Assembly: GCA_013265495.1 (NCBI GenBank)
Contig: MU058337.1
Span: 1,792,777-1,856,776 of the forward strand
Origin: Vicugna vicugna
Lineage: Eukaryota
Direction: 5' to 3'
DNA: 64,000 nucleotides
Shown here: piece by piece, positions 41,338-52,908 of the stretch
How the letters are laid out: every line of letters begins with the position of its first letter
Position numbering within the stretch: position 1 is the stretch's first letter
The notes under the pieces: model-generated
What the model saw: only the letters and a program-made list of their open reading frames with translations
Told to the model about the DNA's origin: nothing
The model's database searches: none
Translations under genes and position numbers: made by a program

Positions 41338-41644
41338 CTAAATATTGGGGGAAAATAAGAACTTTCTAACATGTTGTGGTTTGACTGTTGCAGATGAAAG
41401 GATGGGATCTAAATTTCACGTTACTTCAGCACATGTGAATTTTACTGAATAAATAATTTATAGAAGACTTACCTGAATAATTTTCCTGAAAAGTAGTCAT
41501 GAATATCAGTCATTTCAAAGACTGAAACAATTGTTTTTCATGGTCCCCAAAAAACCAGCTATTATCATTCATTCCCAGCTCTTTTTGGTTATTTTTTGGT
41601 TCTTTGTAACTAGAGCTCCTTAGTTTAGTAACCAACTTTTTGAA

Positions 41645-42125
41645 AATTAAAAAAAAATTATTTTATTGAAGTATAGTTGATTTACAATGTGGTGTTAGTT
41701 TCTGGTATGTAGCAAAGCAATTCAGTTATACATATATATATTCTTTTTCATATTCTTTTCCATTATAGGTTAATACAGGATACTCAGTATAGTTCCCCAT
41801 GTTACACAGTAGGACTTCGTTGTTTATCTATTTTTATATATGGTAGTTTGTATGTGCTAATCCCAAAATCCTAATCTATCTTTCCCCATCCCACACTTTC
41901 CCCTTTGGTAACCATAAGTTTATTTTCTATGGTTGTGGGTCTGTTTCTGTTTCATAAGTAAGTTGATTTGTGTCATATTTTAGATTCCACATATAAGAGA
42001 TATCATTCGTATTTGTCTTTCTCTTTCTGACTTACTTCAGTTAGTATGATCATCTCTAGGTCCATCCATGTTGCTGCAAATGGCAATAGTTCATTCTTTT
42101 TAATGGCTGAGTAGTATTCCATTGC
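41645..42125 (-). mobile_element. L1 3' end fragment
   Basis: TTGAAGTATAGTTGATTTACAATG...TTAGATTCCACATATAAG...TCCATCCATGTTGCTGCAAATGGC. Confidence 0.9.
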
Positions 42126-44520
42126 ATACATACATGATGTCTTCTCTAAGATACAGATCAGCTTTAGTGCTTCTCTCCGACCAGTGTCTGTTCTTCAGAG
42201 AAATTGTACCAGTAGGAGAGAGGAGTCAACAACCCAGTACTCAGGTTCTCACAAGTTCTTTCACTGCATGTTCTTCAAAAAGTTTCCCTTTGACAGAAAA
42301 AACAAATGTTACTCTGTCTCTGTCATTCCTCAGTCTATTGTGTGGGATGCAGCTTATTCAGTCTTTCATCAAGTGTTTATTGAGCACTTACTTTGCACCA
42401 GATGTTTGGCTAGTGCTGGGAACCCAAAGAAAGATAACACGTTCACCCTGATAGAGCTTCCAGTACACGTATATATGCTAGTATGTGCCACATTTATGCC
42501 TATTATCCATTCCTTTAGGTATAAGAACCTTCATAAAATAACTTAATTATCTTTATAAAGAAGGCTTTGTGATTTGCTTTTGCCCCTAATTGGTGGATGT
42601 TGCCCAGTAAGTCATCAGTGTTGACGATGGAGATTCCAGGGGTGCTAATGGTATGGTGGTAGTTCCAAAAGTGGGCTTCAGTGTGAAAAATAAAGATCTG
42701 TTACCAATTAGTGAGTAATGACATATTAGATGGAGAAAAAGAATTGCAGAAAGAGAGGGGTGTACAGAAACCCTGAACAATCAAAGTGGTGTCTGAGAGG
42801 AAAGCAGCTGTATTTTAAAGGACTGAAATTGTTATCAGTGACCAGCAGAGACAGTGAACTGGCACCCTCCTTTTGTGATATATCTCCTAAAAACCAACCA
42901 GCACCTACTGACACCTGTCAATCCTTTCAAGTTTTCTTATACTAAGAGTAAGTTCAGTTACAAGCTTAGTCGACATCTATTGATTTTGCATATTTGAAAA
43001 GGAAAATTAGACTGGTGTGTTGGGGACCAGTGTTGAGAGGCACTTGCGAGGCTCAGTCCTGTTCAAAAGACAGCCTGAGACTTCAGGAGATGCACGTTGG
43101 TCCCCGTCAAGAGGGGAGGCTGGTGCTTGGCCCATCTCCACATAAGGTCTGCTTGGTGTTCCAACAACTTTTACTGCAACCTGTAGGAATCCATGATGTA
43201 CAGGATGTGGTTTCAGGGAGGAGGCAATCATCTCGGGAATCAAATACCAGCCCCCCAAATTTAGCTTTTTAGGAATAATAACAGGCATATCCCCCATTTT
43301 TATTGCGATCATACATTGGCCGGGTAGAGACCTTACGAACACTGTCTGAACCTTTAAGCAGTTATGCACGGTTGGTAGAATTATTCTTATTTTACAAATT
43401 AAGACTCTGGATTTCAGAGAGATCAATAGTTTGTCTGAGACACAACAGCTCTGAAGTATCAGCATTGGTTTGAAAACCCAGGTGTGTCTCTAAAACCCAG
43501 GTTTTCACTGTCATTCCATGTTACTAATAACAAGACAGACTTTATGCCATGAACTACATGACTAGGCGTTTTTAGACACAGAGTTCTCCATTTCTGATAC
43601 TTCCTTATGTCCCAAATAAACCTCAATACAACAACAAACTGTTTAAAGCATTACATGGGCTCAGCGGTACTGGTTGCAGAAGGACCCTGGGTGCCTGGAT
43701 TCAGAGAGTGATCATGTGTCATGGTTGCACTGACAGATTCTGCTAGTTGAGTGCTACCTAGGAAATCTGTAGCAAACCAAGGGTAGACCAATTTGTTTAT
43801 TGCAGAATTGTCCAGACAGAAGGGCAGCTCTGAGAGCAGAGGTGAGACTTCAGAGCAAAGGCTTTTAGCTGTTTATTTGCTGCTGTGGTACATTTGTCAA
43901 ATGTGTTGTCCTGAGCACCTGATTTCTCGATGATAACGCATGAGCTGCTATAAAATGCTTTCAGAGCCCGAGATCAAAGGGGCCGCGTTGGAACTGATAA
44001 TGCAGTTGCTACCTTTGAAGTTATAGACACTTTTATTTTGATATTGTTGTCCTTCCCTGATATTGGAAGGGCTTAATTTTATCACAGTTGCTTTTGGATG
44101 ATGTTTACTGTGGACTGATATATTAGTTATTAAGTTTTTATTGTCACATAAAAATTCCCATTTACTCAAGAAAGAGACTGTATATAAATCAGAAGTGAAT
44201 AAAATAATGGCTTTAGTGGATGTAATTTATTAATATTATGACTTTAATTAACTTGTTCATAGTAATGAATATGTGAATTACCCATGGTTCTGCCTGACAG
44301 ATATATTAGCCAGTGTTTGCTCACCTTGAGCGTTTCAATATATTAGACAGCGATTCAAATTCTGGACTCTTGTCTTTCTACATTCATGAAAAAATGAAGT
44401 TATACACAAAATAAGTTTTAATTAAGTTTGTTCATGATGTACAAGAAAGAGTCATATTATGGTCTATTACATGGCTTGTAGTCTGACATTTTCTTCTCAG
44501 CTCTATTCAGCTATATTTTA

Positions 44521-44675
44521 TTTTTTGATTTAATTTAATTTAATTGTTTAAATGATTTTATTTTGGGGGTTAATTAGGTTTATTTATATATATTTTTAGT
44601 GGAGGTGCTGGGGATTGAACCCAGGACGTCATGCATGCTAAGCACACACTCTACCACTGAGCTGCACCCTCCCCC
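44521..44675 (-). mobile_element. tRNA-Ala-derived SINE (Vic-1 type) inserted in an old L1
   Basis: Reverse head GGAGGTGCTGGGGATTGAACCCAGGAC...CTACCACTGAGCT, TAATTAGGTTTATTT tail segment; imperfect TSD GCTATATTTTA/GCTACATTTTA. Confidence 0.88.
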
Positions 44676-44906
44676 AGGCTACATTTTAAATACAATAAAA
44701 TTCACCCATTTTAAGTACGAGTATACAGTTTGATAAATTTTGGTAATTGATACAATCATGTAACCACTACCACTACAAATATATGGAGCATTTCCCTTAA
44801 ATGAGGGAGTTTTGCATGCTTCCAGTCCCAGTGGATCACTGATACACACTGATGCCGCTGCTGTTTTAATTTTTCTATAATTTCATGTAAATGGAATTTT
44901 ATGGTG

Positions 44907-45342
44907 TGTAGCCTAGATTAGGGTTCTCCAGAGAAACAGGAGCAATAGAATTCTTTCTCCTATCCGTCTACTTATCTATCTACAGAGAGATTTATTTTAA
45001 GGAAGTTGACATTTGATTTTGGGGGTGGGCAAGTCTGAATTCTGCAAGGCAGGCTGGAAGTTTTGGGAAGTTGAAGAGTTGATGTTGCATCTTGAGTCCA
45101 AAGGTAGTCTGGAGACAGAACTCTTTCCTTTTTTTAGGGGACTTCAGTCTCTTCCCTTAAGGCCTTCACATGATTGGATGAGACCCAGCCACATTATGGA
45201 GGGTAATCTGCTTTATTCAAAGACTACTGGTTTAAATGTTAATCACATCTGAAAGATACATTCATGGCAACATCTAGACTGTTTGACCAAACAGCTGGGC
45301 AGCATACCCTACCCAAGTTGGCACATAAAATTAATCATCACG
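44907..45342 (-). mobile_element. MLT2 (ERVL) solo LTR inserted in an old L1 3' region
   Basis: AGGGTTCTCCAGAGAAACAG...TGATTGGATGAGACCCAGCCACATTATGGAGGGTAATCTGCTTTA...CAAGTTGGCACATAAAATTAATCATCAC; L1M-like sequence continues on both sides (44690-44905, 45343-45545). Confidence 0.85.
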
Positions 45343-46256
45343 CAGCTTTTTGTGATGAGTTGCATTCACTCAGGCATGATGTTTATGAGATTTATCCATG
45401 TTATTGAATGTATTCATAGCACATTCTTTATATCGTTCATTTGTATTCCATGGAACGACTATACCACAATTACTTATCCATTTACTAGTTGAACATTTGA
45501 GTTCTTTCCAGTTTTTGTCTAATATAAAAAATACTGTTCTGAACTATGACAATTAGATGGCCTTTAAAATGACTTCTTGAGTCAGTTTAAAATGTGATCA
45601 ATTTTACTTCATATATTGCTGCATAAATGGCTGATGTTTATATTGCCTTTAGAGTTTACAGAGTATGTTTGCATTTTTTTGCTTCATTTAATTTCTACCA
45701 TATAATTATTTAAATAGTAAGCATGTAAAATAATGCTTTTGGTATATGTTTCCATATTAGTTATCTCATTTACTATTTACAGCAATCCTGTGATGTAAGT
45801 ATTTTTAGTTTCATTTTGCAGATGGAAAAATGGAAAGTTAGGGATATGTAAAGATTTGCCTAAGATGACTATAATAGGAAGTTACAGAGCTGGGATTCAG
45901 ACCAGGGCGTTTTGACTTGAAGCCCAATTAGCTCTGTTCACTGGTGATAGCCAAGAGTGTGCCCAGAAATTTCTATGATAAAATTGCAATAAAGCATTGG
46001 AAAGAGGCACGGTCAAGGCTCAATCAACCTGAAGAGTTAATTTTCCTGATTTAGAAAGAACACAAAGTCTTGACCAAATTTAAGGAATGAAAAAATGCAA
46101 TCTCCTCTAAAGTAGGTGCTGAAAGCTCCATTTTACAAACAAGGAAAAGCAAGGACCACTGAGATTAAACACTTTGCTCGGAAGGACATAGCTCATAAGA
46201 CATTGAGGTGCAGTTGGCACTTACGTCTGCCAGACTCTGAAGTGAACCCTCTAATC

Positions 46257-46505
46257 CAGGGTCAGCCAATGTACACTATGAAGGGCCAAGTGGTAAATAT
46301 TTTATGTGTTGTAAGCTATGGGACAAAGTTGAGAATGGGATGTAAGTACTTATGTACAAGACTGTCTCTGTCAAAAGTACTCAGCTCTGTGGTTGAAGCA
46401 TTAAAGCTGGAACATACATAAAGAAGTGGTGTGACGGCGTTCTAGTAAAACTTTACTCACAAAGACGGTGCACTTGGCCCGTGGTCTGTAGTTAGCCAAC
46501 ATCTA
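46257..46505. mobile_element. MER58A-like hAT-Charlie element
   Basis: CAGGGGTCAGC...AAGGGCCAAGTGGTAAATATTTT...TAAAACTTTA...TTGGCCCGTGGTCTGTAGTTAGCCAAC. Confidence 0.75.
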
Positions 46506-46888
46506 CACCAAAGGATGCTCTATTGCTCCTTTTATCTGGGGGAGGGAACTCCCTTTTCTGCATTAGTTTAAAGTTATTGGGTAAGTGGAAGGTTTTCACT
46601 TAATGGTTCCCTGAGAAAGTTTGATTAAATCCCATTGAATAAAATCCCATTTAGTGCCTTCTGTTTATGGAAGTGCAGGTAACCGGGAAAATTGTCATCT
46701 TAGGTAACGCTGGTAGGCTTAAGGGCTTAGAACATCCAGTTAGCTAAACAGAGGATGATAGTTAAAACGGGGAGAGAAAAGCTAGATCATGTGATAATCT
46801 TTACTTCTCTGAAAAAGGAAATATTTCAGTTCCTATGTATATAAATCTCTGGCTTATTTTTGAGTCTGTCAACAGTACATCACATGAG

Positions 46889-47288
46889 TTGTGTAAGTCT
46901 CCTATTGATGCTGTGACAAATTGCCACAAACTTAGTGGCTGCAAAAATACAACTTTGTCTTTTAGTGGGAGAGATCAGAAGTCTCGCTGGGCTAAGTGAA
47001 GATGACGGCAGGGCTGCGTTCCTTAGGGAGGCTCCAAGGGAGAAGGTTTCCTTGCTTTTTCTAGCTTCACAGGCTGCCCACATCCCTTGGCTTATGGTCC
47101 CTTCCCCTCAGTCTGACCTCAGCTTCTGTTGTCCATCTCCTGCCTCTCTCCTATATGGACCTTTGTGATGATTTGGGCCCATCTGGGCTTAATTACATCT
47201 GCAAAGTCCCCTTTGCCATGAAAGGGGCCCTATCCCTGGGCTCCATGAATGAGGACGTCTTTGGAGGAGCGTTACTCTGTCTATCACA
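46889..47288 (-). mobile_element. MLT1 (MLT1D-like) solo LTR
   Basis: GCTGTGACAAATTGCCACAAACTTAGTGGCT...AATTACATCTGCAAAGTCCCCTTTGCCATG...CTGTCTATCACA. Confidence 0.85.
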
Positions 47289-47728
47289 GAAATGATGTTC
47301 AGCAGTGGGTGGGTGGGGCACGGAGAGGACCACTTTAATAAGACTGTGTTCCTCCAGAGGCACAGGACAGCCTCCAGTTTGGAGAAGTCAGCTTAGGAAA
47401 CAGTCCTGTCAACTGAGACCTGTCATTTTTCACAGCAAAAAAATCGGAAGCATTTTGAGGCCCTGCCACCATTCCCTGGATGAGCAGATATGAAGTGACA
47501 GCCACACGGACTTGATCTGAGTGTGAGAGTTTATCAGGATGTTGGCACTCTCCTTATCTCTTTTAGCCAAGTAATTTGTACCACTCAAAATGTAGCTATT
47601 GTTAAGGAAATGATTTAAAGATGAGTCACATGTTGATGGTATTTAGCACCTACTGTAAGGATCTGTTACGCTTTCTTCTTTGCAGGGCTGCATGCAAATG
47701 TGTAACGGCTCTCTTGTAAAAGGGTTTA

Positions 47729-48215
47729 CAGATGGTCCCGGACTGACAAAGGGTGACAATGATTTTTTGACTTTACTGTGGTGTGAAAGCAACAGGCGTT
47801 CAGGAGAAACCATACTGCAGATTTTGAATTTTGATCTCTGCCCAGGCGAGGGGTATGCGGTCAGATGTTCTCTTGTGATGCTGGGCAGAGACCACAAGCC
47901 GCAGCCCCTGGGGAGACCCCCAGGCACGAGGGTAAACAACTGATAGGGTTACAGCCACCCTGGACCCAGACAACCATTCTGCTTTTCATTTTCAGTGCTG
48001 CGTTCGATAGACTGCATGGGATACTCAACACCTCATTATGAAACTGGCTTTGTATTAGATGATTTTGCCCAAATGTACTAACGTAACTCTTCTGAGCACG
48101 TCTAAGTTAGGTGTGGCTAAGCTCTGATGTTCATTAGGTTAGGCGTGTTAAGTACATTTTTGACATATGCTATTTTAAACCTGTAATGAGTTTATCAGGA
48201 TGTCAGCCCACTGCG
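47729..48215. mobile_element. MER47/Tigger5-family TcMar DNA transposon fossil
   Basis: TA|CAGATGGTCCCGGACT terminus; TTAGATGATTTTGCCCAA, TTCTGAGCACGT and TAGGTTAGG segments match the remembered MER47 consensus. Confidence 0.8.
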
Positions 48216-51200
48216 CTGTTAGTTTATAGACAGATCTTTCAGAATTTCGTGGGGAACACCAGGTAAGCATTTTCTCACCACGAAAAATGACCACTGGGAT
48301 GATGCTAGCCTGGTCTGTCCCAGGGGACTCGAAAGCAAATAGAATGATATTCTTTGCACAAAGTCTTTTAGATGAAGAGAAAGTAAAGTGAGCTGAACTG
48401 TTTCCAGAGGCTCCCCAGGAGAAATTCCAGCGACTTTCTGGTAAATAACCAGCCCTACTAGTGCTCTGCTGAGCTCTGAAAAGATGTGTAAACATGTCAT
48501 TACCACGCCGAGGGGATCAAAGACGACAGTGATGGACCCCGTGTTCTATTTTATAAGGTAGAAATTGCTTTCCCGAATCGTGCTGCCTGGACTGAGTTTA
48601 GTGTGGAGATTGGAGCTCAGTCTCATGGTTGAATCCAAGAACCAGATTGGTTTCCCAAATAGGTGACAGTAATATCTTGTGGCTCTGTCTTTGGCTGCAG
48701 AATGTGTGAATCATGGGGTTCTATTTTCAAAAGCACCAGGCTTCAGTTATTTCCATGTGTAGTTAATCGCTGGCAGTAATACCAAAGCTGATGAGTAATT
48801 TCCCAACTTTAAAATTCCTTCGTAGAAGGATATTCCCCAACCTAAACACCAGGAAGCAGGATTTAAGTTAGATTTAAGAGCTGGCGGATGGTGAAGTTTG
48901 TTAAATACTGAAACCAGCTCCTGAAGGAGATGGCAAAGTCTTCACTGGAGGTCTCTGATAATGGTTTAAGTGTTGGCTTGCCTGAAGGCAGAGGGTATTT
49001 TTAACGTGTTGAATCTGCTTATTGTGGATTTCAGGAGATCTTTGAGAGAACATCCTCGGATACACTCACTGGGGCAAATAGGGTGCGTATGGACCTGGTT
49101 AAAGTATTGTAACTGTGTATGTGCCTTCTCTTTGAACAGCTGGTCATAATTTAGAGATGAGCTACTCCGCAGCTCTCTTCTTGGTTTAGAGAAACTGTAG
49201 AAAAAAAAACTCTCCATGTTGGGCCTTTCCGAGAGCTGTTGAGTTTCCAAGCATTAAGTCTACAGCTGAGAAACAAAGAAATTCAGAAATTCCTGAAGTT
49301 CTGGGCGCTACAGTAAGTATTGGTTATCGGGTCCAGCCTTGCTTAATGTTAAGCCGGGGAACCCCAGGGCAACAGACAGAAGTTTTATTAGTCGTGCAGA
49401 GATCTGAACTCCTGGCTTGTGGGGAAGCTCTGATCTCCTCAAGTAGAACCCAGTCCCAAGCCTTCCCCCCTATGTTGGAAGAGGCGTGCGTGACCGTGTA
49501 GGAATGTCAGGCCGGCAGCAAGGAACATGTTGTTACTGAACCTTAAACATGTTGGTTTAGTAAGTATTGTCCCAGCGGAGGGAACAGATCCTCCTGAAGG
49601 AAAAGGTACCGATGGGGACCGTTGCTCTGTAACTGGAAGGGTGCTCGGAGCTGGGAGATTCCTGCCTCCAGCGCTGACTGCCTCTCTGGGCCTCTCTTTT
49701 GTTTGCGTTAGTGGAAGAGCTGTTTGCCTTCAAGGACTAAACCTGTCAGGTCCGGGGACACCCTTGGACCTGCGCGTTCCTGATTCTTGGTTAGAGCTCA
49801 TGCTTGAAACCGTATGTTCTTTCACGTTCTTGCTAATGACATGAGTCAAACCAAGGAAGCCCTGCCTTTTTATGTGGACTGCACAAGGCTGGGAATAGCC
49901 AATAAAAACAGTGAATGGCTGTATCAGGAGGCTGAAAGGATGTGTAAATAAGGAACACCATAGATCAGAAACAGAGAGATGAAGTTTAATGGCATTAAGT
50001 GTGATGTCTTATGATTCAGCTTGTACAGATTAGTTACATAATATGAGGCTTTCATTGCAGTTCATCCTGTGAAGTCAACACCTTAGGCACCAGATAAGGC
50101 GATGGACCTTATCCAGTAATGAGGACCTCCCCTCAAAGGAAGCTGACGAATTTCACAGTGGTTGGCAATTCGCTGGTGATCAGTAAACATTTGCGGCAAA
50201 GATTAAATACCACATGTAAACTAGAGATTTCCTAAGACTTCTTTAATGTTCTTTTTCCTCTCTGATACCTTTGTTACCTTTCCTCAGAGAGTTTCTCAGT
50301 CAGCTTGGTCTTCCCCAAACCTCCTGTGCATCTGTTTTCCACCTTTAAAGACACACAATTCTCACATGGAGTTAGCACTTTCTTTTTACTAGTAAAATAG
50401 TATTATTACGTTAAATAACATAACTATTAAATAACGTAACAGTCCAGCTCAACCTATTCCCCAGCCTCAAGCGGGAGCAGTTCTTTTACCCCGAGGAAAA
50501 TTTTCAAGATGTAATTTTAGTTTAATCTAACTATTCATGATTTTCTTCAGTATACACACAATTACGTGTTCGCTTTAAACATAGCTGACACTAATAATTG
50601 CATTTAGTTCCTGAATTGAACTTCAATATTTCACACTTGTTGATGGGAAACTTTGTAATGACTTAACACGATATGCTTGATTTTGGGAGGAAAAGTCATG
50701 TTTTGAGGAATATAAAATTAACAGCATCGGTTATGTTAATCATTGATATTCCTCATGTATAAATTCATACATTATTAATACATTAAGTTCTGTGAAGTAT
50801 TACAGTCTGGTGGAGAGGAGAGAAGAAGAATGATTCCAAGTGGAATCATATGTTTAACACCGTATTCTGCAATTTGATAGCATGACCTAATTTGTAGAAA
50901 ATGAGACTTCAGTGATAGCCATCTTTGGTAAATAACAAAACTTGCCACAAATGTGCTAATTATAAAGGCATGCGTTGGTTTGTACAAATAATACTTTGTA
51001 ATCATTGTAACTCTTTGTGGACTGTGACTGGTATGCTTACACGTAAACAAAGTGCATTATTCAAGAGTTCTACCCTACAGGCGAAATGTGCATCACTCAG
51101 CCAACAACATCAGACACAAATAAACACTGACAACACGAACGACTGTCTAGGTGCTTTCTAGGTTACTGCTGGGAATCGCAGAGGCTCTGCGAACTTGGGT

Positions 51201-51881
51201 TTTGTTTTTTGTTTTAAGAGAAATCGTTCGGAATATGAGGAAGGAAATCATTACTGTACACACGTCTGCTTATGTAAAAAGCAAAGAGGGAAATGGAGAA
51301 AAATGAGAAGGGGTTTGGAGGCACCTAAAAGCAAAGGAAACTTTGATGGACTGTGGCCGACCTTGGAGTCCAGTTTAACCCGGGGCTTGCACACTCCAGC
51401 CTGGACTGAGTCTGGACGGCTGGGTCTGTGCCAAAGCCCCCAGGACGTACCAACAGTGCGGGTTCGTGTCAGTCGCTCTGGGCCTGGAGAGCAACGGGTA
51501 AGAGTCCTGGTGGAGAAGACCGTTAGCAACGGCGCGTCAAGCCCCCACTGCAGGTGCTGGGAGGCGCCTGTGCTCCGAGGGCTCGAGGCAGCGGGAGACG
51601 GAGCGCGCGCCCGGGCCTGCAGCCTCAGGCGGGGCCGCCAGGGAAGGTGTGGGGCCGCAGGCGCGGGTCTGGGGCGCGGGAGGCGGCGCCCCGGGCAGAC
51701 GCCAGCCCGCAGAGCAGCCCCGACGCCAACCGGCGTGTGCGTGCTCGCGGGGCTCCCGGGGGCCCTGAGCCGCGGGAGGCGCGGAAGGCCTGTGGGCGCG
51801 CGGGGCGCCGGGGCAGGGGGCGGAGCTTGCGGCGCCGCCTCCCTCACGTGGGCCCCACGCGCCGCGCGTGCGCTGAACGGG

Positions 51882-52056
51882 GCGGCAGACGCGGCAGACG
51901 CGGCAGACGCGGCAGACGCGGCAGACGCGGCAGACGCGGCAGACGCGGCAGACGCGGCAGACGCGGCAGACGCGGCAGACGCGGCAGACGCGGCAGACGC
52001 GGCAGACGCGGCAGACGCGGCAGACGCGGCAGACGCGGCAGACGCGGCAGACGCGG
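51882..52056 (+). repeat. Perfect 9-bp tandem repeat (GCGGCAGAC)19
   Basis: 19 identical units 51882-52052 plus GCGG; appears in the ORF track as poly-AAD and poly-GRR. Confidence 0.97.
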
Positions 52057-52059
52057 GCC

Positions 52060-52280
52060 TCCTGTTGGTGTGAAGCTGCCGGGAGCCGCGGGACGTGGGG
52101 CGCTTTCAGAAGCTAGAAAATCCCTCTCCTGCAGCCTCCCGAGGGGCGCGCGGCCTGGGGCGCCGACGTCTGGCCTCCCGAGCCGCTAAGGTGAGAAACA
52201 CGCTGTCGTTTGTGCTGCTTTAAGCCGCTCAGTTCGGCCTGCGGAAATGTGTTACAGCAAAAGCCAAAAACGGCTACAAG
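52060..52280 (+). mobile_element. 3' half of a GC-shifted MLT1 (MaLR) LTR inside the CpG island
   Basis: CAGAAGCTAGAAAA..CTCCTGCAGCCTCCCG..GACGTCTGGCCTCCCGAG..TTTGTGCTGCTTTAAGCCGCTCAGTT..TGTGTTACAGCA..TACA is collinear with the MLT1 3' half (compare the reverse MLT1 at 46889). Confidence 0.65.
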
Positions 52281-52874
52281 TGCGGGCACTGCCGAGAGGC
52301 AGAGCACGGAGCGCTGGGGGCAGGACGGGGCTCTGGGTCGCACCCGGGGTGGGGGGGCGCTCGACGCCTGCTCCTCGGTTTGGGTTTTATCCCGATAGTG
52401 ATGGGCGACGCCTGGCGGGTTTGGGGGCAGGGCATGGACTCGACGTGTGTTCTAGAAGCGTACTCAGGCCACAGGAAGGCTGGGGGGGGGGGAGCGCAAC
52501 GGTTAGGAGACTTCTGGCAGAGAGCGTTGACTTGGGAAACAGTAAAGTAGCGTGGACACAACTTGCTGAGCGATTGCGTGGTGGGGGGTGGGCTGCAGGG
52601 AGGGGGCCGCGTCGAGCAGGGCCGCCTTGCTTTTTACTGGATTGTTGGGCGACGGATGGAGAATTCCCTCCGGTGAGGGTCCAGGACGAGAAGTGAGTTT
52701 TGTGGTCTCTTGGTAGGAAATTGATGGCGTTTCCTTTGGCCCCTTAGTTCTGAAACGTAGGTGAAGTCATCTCTTGAAAACGAATGGGTTAGAGATCCTG
52801 ACGTGAGAATTCTAAGGAAGGAAACAAAACGTGTATTATCTTCTGTGAATAGGAGTTAAAACTTGTGTTCACAG

Positions 52875-52908
52875 TAAACTAGAAGAACAGGCAGCCACGA
52901 AGACCCAG
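52875..52908 (+). other. Candidate second (non-coding) exon
   Basis: CTTGTGTTCACAG|TAAACTAGAAGAACAGGCAGCCACGAAGACCCAG|GTGAGT; no ATG. Confidence 0.4.

Larger units (their letters stand above)
51480..52700 (+). promoter_or_regulatory. CpG island / candidate promoter and first exon (donor at 52191)
   Basis: Dense CpG and very high GC against an AT-rich background; GC box GGGGCGGAGC (~51817-51826), E-box CACGTG (51845-51850), NRF1-type GCGCGTGCGC (51864-51873); donor AAG|GTGAGA at 52191. Confidence 0.75.

Noticed and set aside
51882..52056. CRISPR-like array
   Set aside because: Head-to-tail identical 9-mers with no spacers, no cas genes, mammalian context.
51195..52073. 292-aa, 198-aa and 211-aa ORFs over the CpG island as protein-coding genes
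   Set aside because: Low-complexity G/A/R/P content, overlapping frames on both strands and no recognisable domain; explained by stop-codon scarcity in GC-rich DNA.
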